Of a DNA stretch of 64,000 bases, positions 26,129 to 35,247 are shown piece after piece. The notes under the pieces are model-generated. The model was not told the DNA's origin. It worked only from the letters and a program-made list of their open reading frames with translations, and searched no databases. This DNA is from Hoeflea sp. (GTDB taxonomy: Bacteria; Pseudomonadota; Alphaproteobacteria; Rhizobiales; Rhizobiaceae). The stretch is taken from NCBI RefSeq assembly GCF_002733955.1, contig NZ_NVXQ01000010.1:4163-68162 (forward strand), in the 5' to 3' direction. Positions within the stretch are counted from its first letter, which is position 1, and every line of letters begins with the position of its first letter. Position numbers and translations under genes: made by a program.

Positions 26129-28671
26129 CCGATACTACGGACCAATCACCCACTTTCGCCGATAAGGAAGACGAAGCGGTCCGCCGCGCGCAGGAGGACC
26201 GGCTGCGCGCGGTCTGGGCGGCCCCGAAGGGCTGGCGCTACTGGTCGGCCGTCAACAACACCGAAGTCGGCATCTGGTACACGGCGCTGTCGTTCATCTT
26301 CATGCTGTTTGCCGGCGTGCTGGCGCTCATCATGCGGGCGCAACTGGCGTTGCCGGAGAACGACCTCGTCACGCCCGACTTCTACAATCAGGCGTTCACG
26401 CTGCACGGCACGGCGATGATGTTTCTCTTCGCTGTGCCCATCTTCGAGGCGGTTGCGATCATCCTGCTGCCGCAGTTGCTCGGCGCACGCGACCTGCCAT
26501 TCCCGCGGCTTTCTGCGTTCGGGTTCTGGTGCTTCCTCATCGGCGGCGTTTTCGTCATGGGCTCGATCTTCTTCGGTCAGGCGCCGAGTTCGGGCTGGTT
26601 CATGTATCCGCCCCTGACAACGGAGGAGGAATTCACGCCGGGCTACGGACCCGACATCTGGCTGCTCGGCCTGTCGTTCATTGAAATCGCCTCCCTCGCC
26701 GCGGCGGTCGAACTTATCGTTGGCACTTTGAAGTGCCGTCCGCCGGGAATGCGGCTCAACCTGATGCCGCTCTACGCCTGGTATGTGCTGGTCGTCGCCG
26801 GCATGATCCTGTTCGCCTTTCCGCCCCTGATCGCAGGTGACATCCTCTTCGAACTCGAGCGTTTATTCGACTGGCCGTTCTTCGACCCCAGTCGCGGCGG
26901 CGATCCGGTTCTATGGCAGCATCTGTTCTGGATTTTTGGCCATCCGGAGGTCTACATCGTGTTCCTGCCGGCGATCGCGCTTGTCGCCATGATCGTGCCG
27001 ACCTTCGCGCAAAGGCCGATCCTCGGTTATTCCTGGATCGTGCTCGCCGCGGTCGGCACCGGCTTCATCTCTTTCGGGCTGTGGGTGCATCACATGTACA
27101 CAACCGGGCTGCCCTCGATCTCGCTCGGCTTCTTCTCGGCTGCGTCCGAAGCGGTGGCGATCCCGACGGGAGTGCAGATCTTCGTCTTCATTGCGACGCT
27201 TCTAACCGGACATGTAATCCACTCGGTGCCGATGCTGTTCGTGTCCGGGGCGCTCGCCAATTTCGTGATCGGCGGGCTCACCGGCGTCATGGTGGCGCTG
27301 GCGCCGTTCGACTGGCAGGCGCACGACACCTATTTCGTCGTGGCACACCTGCACTACGTCCTGATCGGCGGCATGCTGTTTCCGGTCGTCGCGGGCGTCT
27401 ATTACTACTGGCCACTGGTCAGCGGCCGTAAACTTTCCGACCGGCCAGGCCGGATCGCGTTCTGGCTGATGTTCGCCGGCTTCAACCTTGCTTTCCTGCC
27501 GATGCACTACTCCGGCCTTGCCGGCATGCCCCGGCGCGTCTGGACCTATCCGGAAAGTCTCGGCGTCGGCACCGCCAACATGATCTCGAGCGTCGGCGCC
27601 TTCGTCTTCGCCAGCGGAATCCTGATCATCGTCTGGGATGTGCTGCGTCCGCGCGGCAAGGAGCCCTACGCCAAACGCAACCCGTGGAACGCAGGCACGC
27701 TGGAATGGCTGGTCGAGATGCCGGGCGAGAGCTGGGGCGTCCGTTCCATTCCGGCCGTCACCTCGCGCTATCCGATCTGGGAGCAGCCGAACTTCATCGA
27801 TGACGTCGACAAGGGCAGGTTCTACCTCCCCGACGCTGCGGAGATGAAGCGCGAGACGATCATCACCTCCGTCCTCGACGGCAAGCCGCTGCAATGCCTG
27901 CGCGTACCGGGACCGAGCTTCATGCCGATGATCGCCGCGGTCTTCACCGGAGCGATGTTCATCTTCGCGACCTTCCACTGGTGGGCTGCGACGATCGTCG
28001 CGATGGGGCTGTCGACGATCTCGATCATGGTCTGGCTCTGGCGCGGCACCTCCCTGATCCCGGAGAAGCCGGAGAAGGACGTTGGCCTCGGCCTGAAGCT
28101 GCCGCTCTACAAGTCCGGGCCGCATTCCGTCGGCTGGTGGGCCATGTTCATCATGATGATGGGCGACGCAACAGCATTCCTCGGCCTGGTCTTCGGCTAC
28201 TACTACTTCTTCACCATCCACGCGGATTTCCCGCCGCCGTCAACGGTCGGCCCCGGCGTGCTCTGGCCCAGCGTCGCTTTCGGCCTTTTCGCGGTCGCCT
28301 GGTCGACGGCCCTCGGCGCACGGCTTTCGAACCAGGCGGGCCGCGTCGGTCGCGCCCGGGTGCTCATGGCGGCAGGCGCGCTCGTTGCCCTCGCCGCCAG
28401 TGCGGCGCTCCTCTGGGGACCATATGTCACGGGTCTCCGCCCCACGGCACACGTCTATCCGGCGACGGTCTGGGTGATCACCATCTGGACCGCCGCGCAC
28501 GGCGTCGCGGGAAGTCTCATGCTTGGATACTGCCTCGCCCGCTCGCTGGCGGGGCGGATGACGCCAGCACACGACATCGATATCTTCAATGTCGCACTTT
28601 ACTGGCACTTCGTCGGGTTCACGGTGATCGTCACAGTGGGGACGCTCGCCTATCTCCCCGTTCTGATGTGA
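26125..28671 (+). CDS. ctaD: Cytochrome c oxidase subunit I fused to a subunit III-like domain
   Basis: WIFGHPEVYIV, WVHHMYTTG and VVAHLHYVLIGG are haem-copper oxidase subunit I signatures. About 250 extra C-terminal residues with 5-7 TM helices resemble subunit III. ATGA overlap with coxII. Confidence 0.9.
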   Translation: MTDTTDQSPTFADKEDEAVRRAQEDRLRAVWAAPKGWRYWSAVNNTEVGIWYTALSFIFMLFAGVLALIMRAQLALPENDLVTPDFYNQAFTLHGTAMMFLFAVPIFEAVAIILLPQLLGARDLPFPRLSAFGFWCFLIGGVFVMGSIFFGQAPSSGWFMYPPLTTEEEFTPGYGPDIWLLGLSFIEIASLAAAVELIVGTLKCRPPGMRLNLMPLYAWYVLVVAGMILFAFPPLIAGDILFELERLFDWPFFDPSRGGDPVLWQHLFWIFGHPEVYIVFLPAIALVAMIVPTFAQRPILGYSWIVLAAVGTGFISFGLWVHHMYTTGLPSISLGFFSAASEAVAIPTGVQIFVFIATLLTGHVIHSVPMLFVSGALANFVIGGLTGVMVALAPFDWQAHDTYFVVAHLHYVLIGGMLFPVVAGVYYYWPLVSGRKLSDRPGRIAFWLMFAGFNLAFLPMHYSGLAGMPRRVWTYPESLGVGTANMISSVGAFVFASGILIIVWDVLRPRGKEPYAKRNPWNAGTLEWLVEMPGESWGVRSIPAVTSRYPIWEQPNFIDDVDKGRFYLPDAAEMKRETIITSVLDGKPLQCLRVPGPSFMPMIAAVFTGAMFIFATFHWWAATIVAMGLSTISIMVWLWRGTSLIPEKPEKDVGLGLKLPLYKSGPHSVGWWAMFIMMMGDATAFLGLVFGYYYFFTIHADFPPPSTVGPGVLWPSVAFGLFAVAWSTALGARLSNQAGRVGRARVLMAAGALVALAASAALLWGPYVTGLRPTAHVYPATVWVITIWTAAHGVAGSLMLGYCLARSLAGRMTPAHDIDIFNVALYWHFVGFTVIVTVGTLAYLPVLM

Positions 28672-28680
28672 GGGCGATAC

Positions 28681-29058
28681 ATGCAGGTATTCGGCAAGAC
28701 GCAAGACAACCTCTGGACCCTGGTCGCCGCGCCGACCATCTGGGGCTTCCATTTCCTGTTCAGCTATTTCCTGGCGGCTTACAGATGCGCGCCGAATGAT
28801 GATGTCTTCAGGAACATCGGCGGCACGCGAATGGCGATTTCCGGAGTCACAGCCGTCTGCCTGCTGCTGATCCTGCTGATAGCTCGCCGCGCCTGGCGCG
28901 AATGGCGCGCCGACGGCGGCGGCTACAGCAACAACCAGGACACGCCCGAGGCGCGCGAGCGCTTCCTGGAATTCTCGACGCTGCTTCTCGCCGCGCTCTC
29001 CTTCGCCGCGGTGGTCTTCGAGACGCTGCCGGTCCTCGTTTTCTGGGACTGCCGGTAA
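28681..29058 (+). CDS. Small membrane protein of the oxidase operon (subunit IV-like position)
   Basis: 125 aa, 3 predicted TM helices, 10 nt after ctaD. No family recognised. Confidence 0.4.
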   Translation: MQVFGKTQDNLWTLVAAPTIWGFHFLFSYFLAAYRCAPNDDVFRNIGGTRMAISGVTAVCLLLILLIARRAWREWRADGGGYSNNQDTPEARERFLEFSTLLLAALSFAAVVFETLPVLVFWDCR

Positions 29059-29086
29059 TGCGCGCGCGACCGCCCGGGAGGGTACC

Positions 29087-30433
29087 ATGCATCTGAACGT
29101 CGTCATCACCTGGAAGAGGCTCGCCGGCCTCGCCGTGCTTGGCGTGACGGGCGCGCTGATGGTCGGCTGGATAGGCCTAGTTTCGATCGCTGCCTCGGCC
29201 GGGCATTGGTCGGTGACACAATGGTTCCTCGGCTGGACGATGGAGAATGCTGTCAGAACACAGTCGATGCTGATCTCGAAGCCCGAGGAGATCGACCTCG
29301 ACAACCCGATGCTGGTGCGTCGCGCGGCCGGGCATTACGCGACCGGCTGCGCGTCCTGCCACGGCGCCCCCGGCGTGCCGCAATCACCGGTGGTCGAGGA
29401 GATGGTGCCCTCGCCGCCGCGGCTCGAAGAAAAGGTTGCCGAATGGAGCGACGAGGAACTGTTCTGGATCGTCAAGAACGGCATCAAGTACTCGGGGATG
29501 CCGGCCTGGCCGGCGCAGGACCGCAAGGACGAGGTTTGGGCGCAGGTGGCGTTTCTTCGAGCGCTTCCCGAAATGTCCCGGGCCGAATATGCGGACCTCG
29601 CGCTGGGCGGCGGCTTGGCTGACGACGAACTCGAAGCGGGCGGTGAAACCATGCCCGCACTCGATGGCATCGTCGACAATGCGCTCACCGATTGCGCCCG
29701 CTGTCACGGTCGCGACGGGCTGGGCCGCGGAGAGGGCGAAGCCCGCCACGCCTTTCCGGTGATTGCCGGCCAACCCGCGCCCTATCTCTACGCGACCCTG
29801 CTCGCCTTTGCGCGCGGCGACCGCCAGAGCGGGTTCATGGAACCGCCCGCCACCCGCTACGAGACCGAGGTGCTCGCCCAACTCGCGCGCTATTTTGCGG
29901 CGCAGCCGGCGCCCCCTGGTTCCAGCGACGAAGGCGTGGCTGCTCGCGGCCCGTCAGGTTTCGACACGAGCGACGAGGCGCCCGCATCCGCCCCTCCGGC
30001 GGTCGCGGCGGATGCGGTCGAAACCCTGGTTTCGCCCACCGAAACACGGCAGGACGAGGCAGGGGTGCTCGAGGGCGAAGACGATGCAGGGACAAGCGCG
30101 GTGCCGATGGCAGCAGCTGCGGGGCCTCCGGCCAGCCGGGATGAACTTCTGGAGCTCGGGCGACGCATCGCACTGGAGGGCATCGCGTCGCGCAAAATTC
30201 CCGCTTGCCGGAGCTGCCACGGCGGCACCGGCCGCGCCCGGAACCCGTATTATCCCTATCTCTCCGGCCAGCCGGAATGGTACCTCTCGGAGCACCTTCA
30301 TCTCTGGAAGGAAGGAACGCGCGGCGGCACTCAATACACGCACGTCATGGCCGAGATCGCCGAGAACATGACGCAAGAACAGATACAAGCCGTCTCCGCT
30401 TGGTACGCGGCGCAAATCTCCGTAAGTCGATAG
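29087..30433 (+). CDS. Membrane-anchored tri-haem c-type cytochrome
   Basis: N-terminal TM helix. Three CXXCH motifs (CASCHG, CARCHG, CRSCHG). An Ala/Pro/Asp-rich low-complexity linker lies between haem 2 and haem 3. Confidence 0.8.
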   Translation: MHLNVVITWKRLAGLAVLGVTGALMVGWIGLVSIAASAGHWSVTQWFLGWTMENAVRTQSMLISKPEEIDLDNPMLVRRAAGHYATGCASCHGAPGVPQSPVVEEMVPSPPRLEEKVAEWSDEELFWIVKNGIKYSGMPAWPAQDRKDEVWAQVAFLRALPEMSRAEYADLALGGGLADDELEAGGETMPALDGIVDNALTDCARCHGRDGLGRGEGEARHAFPVIAGQPAPYLYATLLAFARGDRQSGFMEPPATRYETEVLAQLARYFAAQPAPPGSSDEGVAARGPSGFDTSDEAPASAPPAVAADAVETLVSPTETRQDEAGVLEGEDDAGTSAVPMAAAAGPPASRDELLELGRRIALEGIASRKIPACRSCHGGTGRARNPYYPYLSGQPEWYLSEHLHLWKEGTRGGTQYTHVMAEIAENMTQEQIQAVSAWYAAQISVSR

Positions 30434-30654
30434 ACCCGCCATGGTGCCGCGATCGAGGATCCGCTCGACAATCCAGGCGTTCTCTGTTCCCACCGATTCC
30501 ATTGTCGCACCACCAGACTCCCAACGAGTACCGGCCCACGGCAGAATTTGATTCAGCGGCACCTCCGCCTGCTCGGAAACATTCTGATCATCGAGAAGTT
30601 TGGCTTCAGCGGAAAAGCCCCAATGCACGGATAGATAAGGTGGCGTGGTGCCTA

Positions 30655-31716
30655 TCAGCTCCAGCCGCCGCCTATCGTCCGATAGAAAATATGCGAACCA
30701 ATCTGAGTCATGCGCTGCATGGAGGCGGCCCAGGAAGGGTTCACGTAGGTTGCATTATAGTGAGTGGACGAAGCGACCTCGGCAAGAAAAATCTTGCCAG
30801 CAGATACCGCCATCGCGACGTCTTTTGCGAGCCGAAAAGCTCTTCGGTCTACAATTAGATCGGCTATACCGTCACAGGCGAAAGAGAACTGACATCTGTT
30901 GAACCAGCTCTTGTTTTGGTACACTACTCCGCAAATGCTGCCGGGATATTTGGGGTTGCGCACTCTATTTAGAATAACTTGGGCGACAGCTGCTTGACCC
31001 TTCACCTCTTCACCGCGCGCTTCAAAGTAAATACCGGTCGCCAAGCATTTTTGTTCAGTAGCCGAGAAGACCGATGCTGGGAGTGGCTGACTCAACCAAT
31101 CATGGTCACCTTCCGCCACCGGCGGAACAAAACGACCTCTGTCTGTTTCGCCTCCCAGCACTGCATCAAAAGGACCCTCTGGAGAATGGTAAGCGTCCGT
31201 CGGGGCGTAGGCCGTAGCAAGAACATCAGCGGAATCATTGGTGACGAGGGCAGCGAGAACAGGCGGGACACCGGCCAAACGGTCATCTTCGGGATTATGA
31301 CGTGCCGAAGCGTCTCTCATTGTAAGATACTCGAAGCCTTGCCTAAGTTCCCCGAACTCCGGTTCAAACGCCGATAGCAGCGGCACGAAGCCAGATTGGG
31401 TGATCGATATCCCGGCTGATAGCCCGGTCGTTTTCCTGCGCGGCAGCCTCGAAGTTTTCGTCAAAACCGCCGATGTCGCAGAACCAATCTCGTGGGCACC
31501 CCGCAGCTTGATCCGGGCGCCTTTTTTGCCATAGTCCTCGCTACCGTCGAGGAATACAAAACGATCTGCGTTCTGGGTTGTTCGGGATTCCAGGGGCCTT
31601 TCCATTTGCGTACCCCTTGATTCGTAGAGGTGTGGCGGAGACGCAAAACCGAAAGCTATCCACGACACGAAAAACAAAGCCAAAGCGGAGTGCTTAGGGC
31701 ACACGGCTGTTCGCAT
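30655..31716 (-). CDS. Cell-wall hydrolase, SleB/Hydrolase_2 domain
   Basis: The C-terminal domain CLATGIYFEARGEEVKGQAAVAQVILNRVRNPKYPGSICGVVYQ...QFSF is the SleB-type amidase signature. Confidence 0.75.
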   Translation of the reverse strand: MRTAVCPKHSALALFFVSWIAFGFASPPHLYESRGTQMERPLESRTTQNADRFVFLDGSEDYGKKGARIKLRGAHEIGSATSAVLTKTSRLPRRKTTGLSAGISITQSGFVPLLSAFEPEFGELRQGFEYLTMRDASARHNPEDDRLAGVPPVLAALVTNDSADVLATAYAPTDAYHSPEGPFDAVLGGETDRGRFVPPVAEGDHDWLSQPLPASVFSATEQKCLATGIYFEARGEEVKGQAAVAQVILNRVRNPKYPGSICGVVYQNKSWFNRCQFSFACDGIADLIVDRRAFRLAKDVAMAVSAGKIFLAEVASSTHYNATYVNPSWAASMQRMTQIGSHIFYRTIGGGWS

Positions 31717-31883
31717 CTTTGCTTCTCCAAACCTGGTTCGTTGCGCGAAGAGGATGCTTTGTTAACCTTAACTAATTATTAAAGCCAATCCCTCGTCGGC
31801 GTCACAATGTCTCAGCAAAGCAGCAATCTGGCGGCAACCACCCCATCTATTCATTCCTCTATGAGAGAACGGCCGCGCAAATT

Positions 31884-33110
31884 GGACCTGCCCGGAATGT
31901 GTGGAGAGGCTTTCATTCTGTGATGGCCATTTCGGCCTCGAATGAGGTTGGCGATTTGAATCCCAATGCGGAATGTCGCCGACCTGGATTGTAGAAGCCT
32001 TCGATATGTTGGCCAAAGGCCAGTACCGCAGCTCTTTCGGGTCTGGAAGCTGGTTCGCCAAATCAGCTCGTTCTTGATCGTCTTGAACACTGTTTCCACC
32101 ATCGCGTTGTAGTAGCAATCGCCCTTGCCGCTCATCGACGGGATAATCCGCTTCGCCTACAGAAGCCACTGGTAGTCGTGCAAGCAATATTGGTTACCGC
32201 GCTCGGTGTGCTGGACCAGGTCGGGTAGCGGATTGCGCAGGGCAATGGCGCGCAGCAGCGCATTAAGAGCCAAGTCCTTCTTCAACCGGTCGCTCATGCC
32301 CCGCCGACAATGCGCCTGTAGTAGAGATCGAGCACGATCGCCAGATAGAGCCAGCCCTCGGCCGTCCAGATATAACTGATGTCGGCGCCCACTTCTAATG
32401 GAGGCCCTTGGGATCGAAGTCCTGTTCGAAGAGATTGGCGGCGACCGGGCCACCGTGATGGCTGTCAGTCGTTTTCCTGTAGCGACGATTTTGCAGAACC
32501 TTTAGGAAATTGTCGCGCATCAGTCGGGCCACACAATGACGCCGGACATCGAAACCTTCTTCCCAGAGTTCGGCATCATGCACGGTGCATCGTAGGTCTC
32601 GCTGGAGGTCGAGAACTGCGCACGGATATGCGCCAACAGTACCAAGTCTTCACCATGTCGGCGGCTGGCGAGACGGCCATTCCCACTCAAGTTGCCGCCA
32701 AGGACATTGCTCAGGCGATGCACGGGAATTCCTTTATCGCCTGATCGATGAGGCGGAACCTTGTTGACGTCCCTCCTTGGTGAAAAAAGTTGCTGTCCGC
32801 CTCAGGATCTCGCGTTCTTGGCGGAGAAGCTTATTTTCATGGCGAAACCGTGCCAGTTCCTTGGTGGTATCTTCGTGTGGGCCGGCCAGCAGATCTGCTT
32901 CCTGATATTGCTGCTTCCATCGCGTCAGACTGGATAATCCGCCCGCAAATCGTCCGTCACCTCACGGAGTGTGGGGCGGCTGCTTTCCGTCAGCCGCACC
33001 GCTTCCTGCTTGAACTCATCGGTGAATGTCCGTCTCTCGCGTTTTCCCATTGGGTCCTTCTGTCGCGTCCAGCGAATCAGAAAGTCCCACCATTTTTACC
33101 GGGCAAGTCA
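31884..33110 (-). mobile_element. Degenerate IS3-family insertion sequence (orfA/orfB with extra stop and frameshift), with imperfect terminal IRs
   Basis: orfA starts at 33050 (MGKRERRTFTDEFKQEAVRL). orfB pieces include [10 protein letters not shown]..., an in-frame TAG at 32154-32156 ([36 protein letters not shown]), and a frameshift before ...[28 protein letters not shown]. The ends TGGACCTGCCCGGAATGTGTGG (31884->) and TGACTTGCCCGGTAAAAATGGTGG (33110<-) are inverted repeats. Confidence 0.7.
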
Positions 33111-33260
33111 ACAAAGATTCAGCTATCCAATTGTTTCTAAATCGTGTGTTGCTAATGCAGCATTTGAATCGCATTTGAGAAAAATCCAAGTCTTTGATTT
33201 TTCCCAGTTTTTATCTGTTTCTCGTAGTGTCTTTCCATCAACTTTGGGGAAAGGTTCAAC

Positions 33261-33851
33261 ATGGGAAAGTCAATTATTGCGGCGCTTGCGCTCGCCTTGT
33301 CCTGCGGCACCGCCGGCGCCAATGCACTCCATCTCAACCCGACGCAGCCCGCCAGCGCCGCAAACATGGAGACATTCGGCAGAACGACAATACCTATCGG
33401 CTATTATGACTATTGCCAGCGCTACGCCGATCGCTGTGACCGCCCGGCAGATGGCCAGATCGTCGAATTGACACGCGAACTCTGGAAGGACATCATCCAG
33501 ACCAACCACGATGTGAATACAGCTGTTGCTCCTCTGCCCGACAGCGAGATTTTCGGGGTTGAAGAGCGTTGGGAGTATCCCGACAATGTAGGCGATTGCG
33601 AGGACTACGCACTGGAAAAGCGCAAACGCCTAAATCAGCGTGGAGTTCCGCTGGGTGCGCTATCCATGACTGTTGCACGGGACGCAAACGGAGGCGGACA
33701 TGCCGTCCTGACCGTTGTCACAGACCATGGGGATTTCGTTCTGGACAACGTTGAACCTCGAGTTTTGCTCTGGAAAGAAGCAGAACTCTATTTCCTGAAA
33801 CGCCAATCGCAACATGACCCCAACACATGGGTCAGTCTCGTGTCTGGTTGA
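33261..33851 (+). CDS. Transglutaminase-like cysteine peptidase (BTLCP/LapG family)
   Basis: Signal peptide. WEYPDNVGDCEDYALEKRKRL ... GGGHAVLTVVTDHGDFVLDNV gives the Cys-His-Asp triad. Confidence 0.8.
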   Translation: MGKSIIAALALALSCGTAGANALHLNPTQPASAANMETFGRTTIPIGYYDYCQRYADRCDRPADGQIVELTRELWKDIIQTNHDVNTAVAPLPDSEIFGVEERWEYPDNVGDCEDYALEKRKRLNQRGVPLGALSMTVARDANGGGHAVLTVVTDHGDFVLDNVEPRVLLWKEAELYFLKRQSQHDPNTWVSLVSG

Positions 33852-33865
33852 ATTGTGCGCTGGAG

Positions 33866-34335
33866 GGTTCTGTCGCAAACCGTAATTCTGGTCGCGACAG
33901 GACGCTTCCGGGTCGGCTATCAAGCGGCCAGGATTTCGAATTGCTCAGCTATTGAGGGGCGCGAATTATAGGCAACCTCGCCTGTCGCTTGCGCATCATA
34001 TGAACCATTTCGATGCCGTCGAGTATGATCCGGGCGCTCGCTATCGACTTGAAGCCGAGCATCGAGCGGACCCGGCGTTTGCTGCGCCGATGGTCCTGTT
34101 CTATCCGGTTGTTGAGGTACTTGCCCTTGCGTATGCGATTTGGTCTCGATGAACGTCGCGTCCTGTCGCAAAGGCGGTCTTCAAAATGGTTCATATGATG
34201 CGCAAGCGACAAGGCAGATATTCCTACAACCCCAGCCCATCGCTTGCTGAGCAATTCCACGCTCTGGCCGATGCCTTCTGACCTCATATCCGAAACGGTT
34301 CTTTCTCCGCCATATCAAAAATTTGCAACAGAACC
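33866..34335. mobile_element. IS6-family debris: two transposase 3' ends in inverted orientation, each with an IS6-type terminal IR
   Basis: IRs GGTTCTGTCGCAAA (33866-33879) and TTTGCAACAGAACC (34322-34335), compared with the IS26 end GGCACTGTTGCAAA as recalled. The minus-strand fragment reads KGKYLNNRIEQDHRRSKRRVRSMLGFKSIASARIILDGIEMVHMMRKRQ. The plus-strand fragment reads KMVHMMRKRQGRYSYNPSPSLAEQFHALADAF*. Confidence 0.6.
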
Positions 34336-34506
34336 TGCTCCACGGCGCGAATATGCTCATGCAGGTTCGAACTGCGGAGGCAAATGGCGAACTTCGCGAT
34401 CGATTGCGAGCACCTTTTCGACAGCCTGAAGCGAACATGCCACCGCTATTCAAACCAAAACAGCCCCTCCTGCGTGCCGCGTAACCCCAGTGAAATTACC
34501 GGTCTC
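34336..34506 (+). pseudogene. 3' fragment of a second ISKra4-like transposase plus its terminal IR, truncated by the IS6 debris
   Basis: Plus-strand translation LLHGANMLMQVRTAEANGELRDRLRAPFRQPEANMPPLFKPKQPLLRAA* parallels the C-terminus of the 38233-39294 transposase. The IR AACCCCAGTGAAATTACCGGTCTC (34483-34506) matches the IR at 39742-39767. Confidence 0.6.
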
Positions 34507-34700
34507 GGCAGCGGTTGTGCCAGCCATGCCGGTGCCGACTTCGCATACCGCAATCCGGGCAGATGCCGATCGGTTTCGCAGCAGCGGAAACAATCCAATT
34601 TTCTTCATCTTGAAGGGTGATACCCAGAACTCTGACCCCTGGACCGGGCGACCATTTTGATTTCGTTTGCATCACCGCAGATAGCGACCGCGACGCTAAC
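34507..34700 (-). pseudogene. ISL3-family transposase N-terminal fragment (zinc-finger region), truncated by the ISKra4 end
   Basis: The minus-strand ...GVRVLGITLQDEENWIVSAAAKPIGICPDCGMRSRHRHGWHNR resembles the ISL3 N-terminal CPxCG zinc-finger region. The upstream boundary is approximate. Confidence 0.4.
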
Positions 34701-35123
34701 ACTCTGTTAACCACAGACTTTGAGGAAGAACCGTTTGAAGTGTAAATCGACACGAGTGGCGGCAGCTTGCTAGCCGACCCCGCAGTGGGTTGATCGACGG
34801 AGATCCGGGGCCGGACCAGGAGGCCATCACCAGAGAGCAGGAACGGACCGCCTCCGGTGGACCGTGTTCAAGCAACCATGATCCTGTTGGATTCAGAATC
34901 CGTCGAAGGCCTCGGATAGGCTGGAAGTTTGCCGTCATCGCGCCGGTGGCGAATGCTGCCGAAATCGCGGATATCGTGACGCTGTTGCTGTTGCCGGTCT
35001 TTCGGGCTCCGAAGGACATTTCGGCACACACCTATCCATTTAAAACTCGATAGCGAACGGCATCAATCACGTATAATGACGCATCATTAAAAACGCTTAT
35101 CGAATCGTCAATTTAAACGCGTC

Positions 35124-35151
35124 TTGACTCAACGTTAAATACGCGTATATA
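35124..35151 (+). promoter_or_regulatory. Near-consensus sigma-70-type promoter upstream of the Fic gene
   Basis: TTGACT (35124-35129), a 16-bp spacer, then TATATA (35146-35151). It lies in an AT-rich 200-bp island about 95 nt upstream of the ATG at 35248. Confidence 0.4.
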
Positions 35152-35247
35152 AACGACAGCAAAAACGTGTAATAATACGGCCAATTGGCCTATCGAGATG
35201 CCGCATTGTGAAGTCGCACAAGAAGAACGAGGTCGTGAGAACCTAGA

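Noticed and set aside
24989-29304. Large minus-strand ORFs (349 aa, 339 aa, 354 aa) across the oxidase operon
   Set aside because: All are antisense to coxII and coxI/III, whose haem and copper ligand motifs are intact. They are Arg/Asp/Gly-rich shadows.
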